Assembly: GCA_963814585.1 (NCBI GenBank)
Contig: CAWFDF010000012.1
Span: 288,001-352,000, forward strand
DNA length: 64,000 nucleotides
Source: an uncultured delta proteobacterium
Lineage (GTDB): Bacteria > Myxococcota > Myxococcia > Myxococcales > Anaeromyxobacteraceae
Reading direction: 5' to 3'
The notes under the pieces are model-generated. The model did not search any database. It had not been told where the DNA came from and was given only the letters and a program-made list of their open reading frames with translations. Each line of letters begins with the position of its first letter. The first letter of the stretch is position 1. The translations under genes and the position numbers were made by a program. Positions 59,694 to 64,000 of this stretch are shown one piece after another.

Positions 59694-59775
59694 AGGTGAG
59701 GCCGCGCGGCTTGAGGTACTCCTCCAGCAGCAACTCGCCGGGAGGGGTCGGGGTGCGGTTCTTGGGCCCTCGCAT
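59694..59775 (-). pseudogene. higA: HigA-family antitoxin N-terminal remnant
   Basis: MRGPKNRTPTPPGELLLEEYLKPRGLT matches the HigA N-terminus, then similarity stops; TGATG-coupled to hepT. Confidence 0.65.
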
Positions 59776-60116
59776 CACTTGTCGGCGAGCAGCTTCTGGA
59801 GGCTCTCGACCAGCGGCGGCAAATCTTCCCGCGCCGTCTTCCAGAGCGTCTCGTTCGTCACGCCGAAGTACTCGTGGACGACGACGTTCCGCATGGCGCG
59901 CATCTCGGCCCAGGGGACCTCCGGGTGGGCCGCCATGACCTCCTTGGGCACGTGCGTCACGGCTTCGCCGATGATTCCGAAGCAGCGGGACACGGCGTCG
60001 AGCGTGAGGTCGTCCGAGATGAACGCGGCGACATCCTTGCCTTCGACGTAGCGATCGACGCGACCTGCCGCTTCGAGGATGTCCTCGATGCGAAGGCGTC
60101 AGTCCCTAGGTGGCAC
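59775..60116 (-). pseudogene. hepT: HepT-like (DUF86/HEPN) RNase toxin with premature TGA at codon 6
   Basis: VPPRD*RLRIEDILEAA..IIGEA..PEVPW..MRNVVVHEYFGV (Rx4H motif); single frame of 114 codons; TGA at 60099-60101. Confidence 0.85.
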
Positions 60117-60396
60117 GAACGGCCTCGGCGAAGATCCGGTCTCGCAGCTGCCGCTTCACGGCGTCACGCATGACCAGGTCGACCCTGGAGCCGAGGATCT
60201 CCTCGATCCGGTGCTGCACGCGGAAGAAGTGGAAGAGGCCGATGGGCTTGTCGAACTCGACGAGCAGGTCGACGTCGCTGTCCGGGCCAGACTCTCCGCG
60301 AGCGACCGAACCGAACAGGTCGAGCGAGCGCACGCCCAGGCCGGCGAGCTCGGCTCGCGCTCCGGCAAGACGCTGAAGGACCTGATCGCGGGTCAT
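60106..60396 (-). CDS. mntA: Minimal nucleotidyltransferase (MNT) antitoxin
   Basis: LFGSVARGESGPDSDVDLLV (GSx10DxD), VDLV; overlaps the hepT start. Confidence 0.9.
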   Translation of the reverse strand: MTRDQVLQRLAGARAELAGLGVRSLDLFGSVARGESGPDSDVDLLVEFDKPIGLFHFFRVQHRIEEILGSRVDLVMRDAVKRQLRDRIFAEAVRAT

Positions 60397-60455
60397 GAGC
60401 GGATTCTAGGCCCTGCCACCGACGGTGACCAGCGGGCCTCCTCGGCTGGTGAACC

Positions 60456-60473
60456 AGTCCAAACGTTTGGACT
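60456..60473. repeat. Perfect 18-bp palindrome
   Basis: AGTCCAAAC|GTTTGGACT. Confidence 0.95.
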
Positions 60474-60525
60474 TCTCCCGGCCACCTCGCCCGGGCCGCA
60501 GGCGCCGGGCACTCCAGCCCCCGCC

Positions 60526-60562
60526 AAGAAGAAACCCCCGGCCACCTTTCGGCGACCGGGGG
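60526..60562 (-). terminator. Intrinsic terminator of tRNA-Gly
   Basis: CCCCCGGTCGCC-GAAA-GGTGGCCGGGGG followed by TTTCTTCTT on the minus strand. Confidence 0.88.
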
Positions 60563-60567
60563 CGAAC

Positions 60568-60642
60568 TGGAGCGGGAAAACGGATTTGAACCGTCGACCC
60601 TCGCCTTGGCAAGGCGATGCTCTACCGCTGAGCTATTCCCGC
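60568..60642 (-). tRNA. tRNA-Gly (anticodon GCC)
   Basis: GCGGGAATAGCTCAGCGGTAGAGCATCGCCTTGCCAAGGCGAGGGTCGACGGTTCAAATCCGTTTTCCCGCTCCA folds to a cloverleaf; 75 nt with encoded CCA. Confidence 0.98.
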
Positions 60643-60678
60643 AAGAAGAATCGCGAAGCTCCGGTCGCGAGGAGGCGT

Positions 60679-60708
60679 TTTATAGAGGGGTGCCGCCGGA
60701 GGTGTCAA
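60679..60708 (-). promoter_or_regulatory. sigma70 promoter of tRNA-Gly
   Basis: TTGACA-N18-TATAAA; the -35 overlaps the pgsA stop codon. Confidence 0.75.
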
Positions 60709-61310
60709 GGCCCCTGGCCCGGCCGGTAGACCGCCTTCAGGAAGTCGGCGAAGTAGGTCCACGCCGACCAGATCGAGAAGACCAGGGAGAGGTAGAGGAG
60801 CGCGGTCCCGACCTTGTTGGAGTCGTACTCGAAGGACGTGAAGCCGAAGTCGATGGGGTAGGCGTAGTGGAGCAGGAGGAAGGTGATCCCGGCGATCTGG
60901 AAGATGGTCTTGGTCTTCCCCTCCTGGCCGGCGGCGATGACGATCCCCTCGCTCATGGCGATGGTGCGCAGGCCGCTGACGATGAACTCCCGCGCCATGA
61001 CCAGGATCACCACCCAGGCCGCCACCCGCCCCAGGTGGACCAGCATCACCAGCGCCGCCATCACCACCAGCTTGTCGGCCAGGGGATCGAGGAACTTGCC
61101 GATCACCGTCACCAGCCCGCGCTGCCGCGCCACCCAGCCGTCGAGGAAGTCGGTGGCCCCGGTGATGGCGAAGAGCATCGCGGCGATGAAGCTGGCCCGG
61201 CGCGACTCGTAGTAGGTGAACCAGAGGATCACCGGGATCATCGCCATCCGGACCAGGGTGATGGCGTTGGGGAGGTTGAGGGCCTCCTCCCGCAGCGAGC
61301 GGGCGCTCAC
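60705..61310 (-). CDS. pgsA: CDP-diacylglycerol--glycerol-3-phosphate 3-phosphatidyltransferase
   Basis: NLPNAITLVR, TDFLDGWVAR..GKFLDPLADK, REFIVSGLR, GKTKT. Confidence 0.96.
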   Translation of the reverse strand: MSARSLREEALNLPNAITLVRMAMIPVILWFTYYESRRASFIAAMLFAITGATDFLDGWVARQRGLVTVIGKFLDPLADKLVVMAALVMLVHLGRVAAWVVILVMAREFIVSGLRTIAMSEGIVIAAGQEGKTKTIFQIAGITFLLLHYAYPIDFGFTSFEYDSNKVGTALLYLSLVFSIWSAWTYFADFLKAVYRPGQGP

Positions 61311-62646
61311 GTCGCTTCCCCGGCGCGCCCGGTGGGGCCGGGATCGACCAGCACCCGCCCCTCGCCGCTGATCTCCACCGCCTCGCCGGCGGCCCCGCCG
61401 CCGAACAGCGGCGCGATCCGCGGCGACAGGGCGCCGGTCCAGCCCACCAGCGAGGCCAGCGGCACGTGGACCGGCGAGTAGGGCGTCACCTCCACCGCCA
61501 CCAGCTCGCCGCGGGTGACCAGCACCAGGCAGCCGCGGCCCTTCAGGTGGACCAGGTCGAGCCCCCCGACGCCGAGGGCAGCCGGCCGTTCTCGAACGCC
61601 ACCTGCTCCTGGAAGCCGAAGACCACCGCCTCGCGGAAGTAGCCGGCCTCGCCGCCCAGCTCGAGGACGGTGAAGCGGCGGCCGGCGGCGCGCAGCACCA
61701 CCAGGCCGTCGCCGGCCAGGCGGTGCATCTGCTCGGGCGGGAGGCCGAAGGGCTTGTCGGTGGACTGGCCGCGGAACCGCTTCACCTCGCCGGCGAAGGC
61801 CAGCTCGCCGCGCCAGGCGGCCAGCCCGGCCAGCCGGCACAGCAGCTCGCCGTGGACGTTCACGGTGAGGTTGGCCCCGTCGGCGACGAAGGCCTGCCCG
61901 GCCGGTCCGTGGACGGCGCGCGCCGCGGCGAAGCCCGCCAGCGTCGGCAGGCCGGCCGCCTCGGGTGGGCGGGGCGAGGCCGGGAGCTGCGCCAGGGTCG
62001 GCGGCGGGCCGGACGGCGCCGCCGGGGCGTCGGCCGGCTCGAAGGTCACGGCGGGATCCGCCACGGGCGCCGTCACCGGCGCCGCCACCGCCGCGAGCGG
62101 CGGCTCCATGGCCGGACCGGCCGGCGCCTCGGCGGCCGGCTCGGCGGCCCGGAGCTCGGGCCGGAACTCGGCCGGCGCCCTCAGCAGGTCGTCGCAGCGG
62201 GCCACCATGGCCTCGCTGCCGGCCCGCAGGAAGCACTCGCGCGCCTGCGCCGGCTGGCCCACCTCGAGCCAGGCCAGCCCGAGGTAGCCGGCCGCCTTGC
62301 GGTGCTCGGGGTTGAGGTCGAGCGCGATGCGGAGCTGCTTGATCGCCTCCTCGTACTGGCGCGCCTTCATCCAGGCCAGGCCGAGGTTGACGCGCGCGCC
62401 CGGCTCCACCGGGTTGTCGTCCACCAGCCGCTGCCAGGCGATGGCGGCGTCGTCGTAGCGGGCCAGCCGGTAGAAGACCTGCCCGAGCAGCCCGAGCACC
62501 TTCGGGTCGCGCGAGCGGATGGCCAGGGCGTCCTCCAGCGCCTCGCGGGCCGGCTCGAGGTCGCCGCGCGCCGAGGCCTCCTCGCCCCGCGCCAGCAGCC
62601 GCTGGAACTCCTCCTCGAGGGCGGCACCGGCGCCGTCGTTGGCCAT
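61307..62646 (-). CDS. TPR + Ala/Pro linker + AIM24-like domain protein, with apparent 1-nt frameshift at 61562-61567
   Basis: N-terminal TPRs; C-terminal beta-rich region (..FENGRL / LDLVHLKGRG..LVGWTG..SGEGRVLV) split over two frames at a G6 run. Confidence 0.7.
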
Positions 62647-62650
62647 GGCG

Positions 62651-63289
62651 CTACCGCCCTGCCTTGTAGGCCTGGTAGAGCGCGACCACCTTGCGGACGT
62701 ACTCCTGGGTCTCGGGGATGTTCGGCACCGCGTCGCCGGCCCGGCGAACGGCCTCGGGCCCGGCGTTGTAGGCGGCCAGCGTCCGGACCATGTCGCCGGC
62801 GTACTGGTTGGCCAGCAGCCGCAGGTAGCGCGAGCCGCCCTCGATGTTCTGGGCCGGATCCCAGGCGTCGGAGACGTAGAGGTCCCGGGCGGTGGCCGGC
62901 ATCAGCTGCATCAGCCCCATCGCCCCCTTGTCGGAGAGGGCGCGGGGATCGAAGTTGGACTCGACCGCCATGACCGCGAGGATGAGCGCCTCGGGCAGCG
63001 CGTACTTGGCCGAGGCGGCGCGGACGTGGTCGAGGTAGGGGCCGGGCCGGCCGGCGGCCGGCAGCTGGCGACCCTGCGGCGCGCCACCCTGGGACGACGT
63101 GCTCCGGTAGAGGCCGCCGACGTCCCGGGTGCGCCGGACCTGGCGATACCGCGGATCGGAGGGTGCGTTGGTGAAGTGGATGACGCCGTCGGGGTCGACG
63201 AACGAGTAGACCTCGCCGGCTCCCGCCGCGGGCGGCGCGGCGACGAGGGCGAGCGTCAAGACCTGGGCGATGGAGGAGGGCCACCCCAT
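62651..63289 (-). CDS. Lytic transglycosylase (SLT) with N-terminal DUF4124-like segment
   Basis: Signal peptide, YSFVDPDGVIHFTN, AVESNF, GAMGLMQLMP, AAYNAG, ETQEYV. Confidence 0.92.
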   Translation of the reverse strand: MGWPSSIAQVLTLALVAAPPAAGAGEVYSFVDPDGVIHFTNAPSDPRYRQVRRTRDVGGLYRSTSSQGGAPQGRQLPAAGRPGPYLDHVRAASAKYALPEALILAVMAVESNFDPRALSDKGAMGLMQLMPATARDLYVSDAWDPAQNIEGGSRYLRLLANQYAGDMVRTLAAYNAGPEAVRRAGDAVPNIPETQEYVRKVVALYQAYKAGR

Positions 63290-63360
63290 GATCCCGGAAC
63301 GTAGCAGGGCCGGCCCGGCCCGGACAACTTTCCCAACCCGCCCCGTGCTAGATCTGCGGC

Positions 63361-64000
63361 ATGAGCGCGCTCCCCCCCCGCGAGCACGTCGACTTCCTGG
63401 TCCTGGGCGGCGGCGTCGCCGGCCTCAGCTTCGCCCTCGAGGTCGCCGGCCACGGCTCGGTGCTGGTCCTCACCAAGCGGCAACGGTCGGAGGGCTCCAC
63501 CCAGTACGCGCAGGGGGGCATCGCCAGCGTCCTCGGGCTCGACGACCAGTTCGAGCTGCACGTCGAGGACACGCTGGTGGCGGGCGCCGGCCTGTGCAAC
63601 CGCGAGGCCGTCGAGGTGACGGTGCGGGAGGGGCCGGAGCGGATCCGCTGGCTCCTCTCGCTGGGCGTCGAGTTCGACCACGACGGCGCCGGCCTCCACC
63701 TCACCCGCGAGGGGGGCCACTCGCGCCGCCGCATCGCCCACGCCAAGGACGCCACCGGCCGCGAGGTGGAGCGGGCCCTGCTGGCCGCCTGCGACGCCCG
63801 GGGCGTCCGCATCGTCGAGGACGCCGTGGCGGTCGATCTCGTCACCAGCGGCAAGCTGGGGCTGGGCGGCCCCAACCGCGCGGTGGGCGCCTACGTCCTC
63901 TCCCGCGCCAGCGGGGCCATCTCCACCATCTCGGCGGGGGTCACGGTGCTGGCCACCGGCGGCGCCGGCAAGGTCTACCTCTACACCACCAGCCCGGACG
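63361..64000 (+). CDS. nadB: L-aspartate oxidase (partial)
   Basis: Manual translation: DFLVLGGGVAGL, STQYAQGGIA, HVEDTLVAGAGLC, TREGGHSRRRIAHAKDATG, VLATGGAGKVYLYTT. Confidence 0.95.
   Translation, partial: MSALPPREHVDFLVLGGGVAGLSFALEVAGHGSVLVLTKRQRSEGSTQYAQGGIASVLGLDDQFELHVEDTLVAGAGLCNREAVEVTVREGPERIRWLLSLGVEFDHDGAGLHLTREGGHSRRRIAHAKDATGREVERALLAACDARGVRIVEDAVAVDLVTSGKLGLGGPNRAVGAYVLSRASGAISTISAGVTVLATGGAGKVYLYTTSPD

Noticed and set aside
60099..60101. Selenocysteine or programmed readthrough at the hepT TGA
   Set aside because: The position corresponds to Trp (TGG in the duplicate), not Cys, and no SECIS-like hairpin is evident; a nonsense change is simpler.
58307..60567. Intact integrative element or prophage at tRNA-Gly
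   Set aside because: No integrase and no recognisable duplicate of the tRNA 3' end found by eye; only a relic islet is supported.

Overview
Very GC-rich (well over 70% by eye) bacterial chromosome segment whose gene content and order point to an Anaeromyxobacter-like member of Myxococcota (inference). It is mostly core genome. Energy and redox genes: alternative complex III (actA, partial actB), a rubrerythrin/Fe-S oxidoreductase/DUF3501 operon, sdhCAB and a two-chain fused 2-oxoacid:ferredoxin oxidoreductase. Housekeeping genes: aat, apt, nlpD-like, surE, secA, recN, nadK, rarA, erpA-like, fabI, mobA, a DEAD-box helicase, pgsA, tRNA-Gly(GCC) and partial nadB. Also a DGC/hybrid kinase/sigma54-activator cluster and a liv ABC transporter. 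The only clearly accessory part is a ~2 kb islet downstream of tRNA-Gly: intact MNT antitoxin, HepT toxin with a premature TGA, a HigA stub, a lipoprotein trypsin-like protease and a 50-bp second copy of the hepT 5' end. No integrase, transposase, CRISPR array or rRNA was seen. Main observations: (1) about 18 genes have a -10-like hexamer 5-9 nt before the start codon, mostly without a Shine-Dalgarno, suggesting pervasive leaderless mRNAs, including a 22-bp bidirectional nadK/rarA promoter; (2) a perfect 30-bp palindrome in a highly structured 650-bp nadK-recN spacer and a related 18-bp perfect palindrome beside tRNA-Gly; (3) the decaying toxin-antitoxin islet; (4) orphan proteins (Cache-HAMP without output domain, stand-alone ATP-grasp, TPR-AIM24); (5) four single-base frameshifts confined to the last 12 kb, probably assembly errors. 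I cannot demonstrate a novel multi-gene system from the sequence alone. All calls were made by eye with no database searches.
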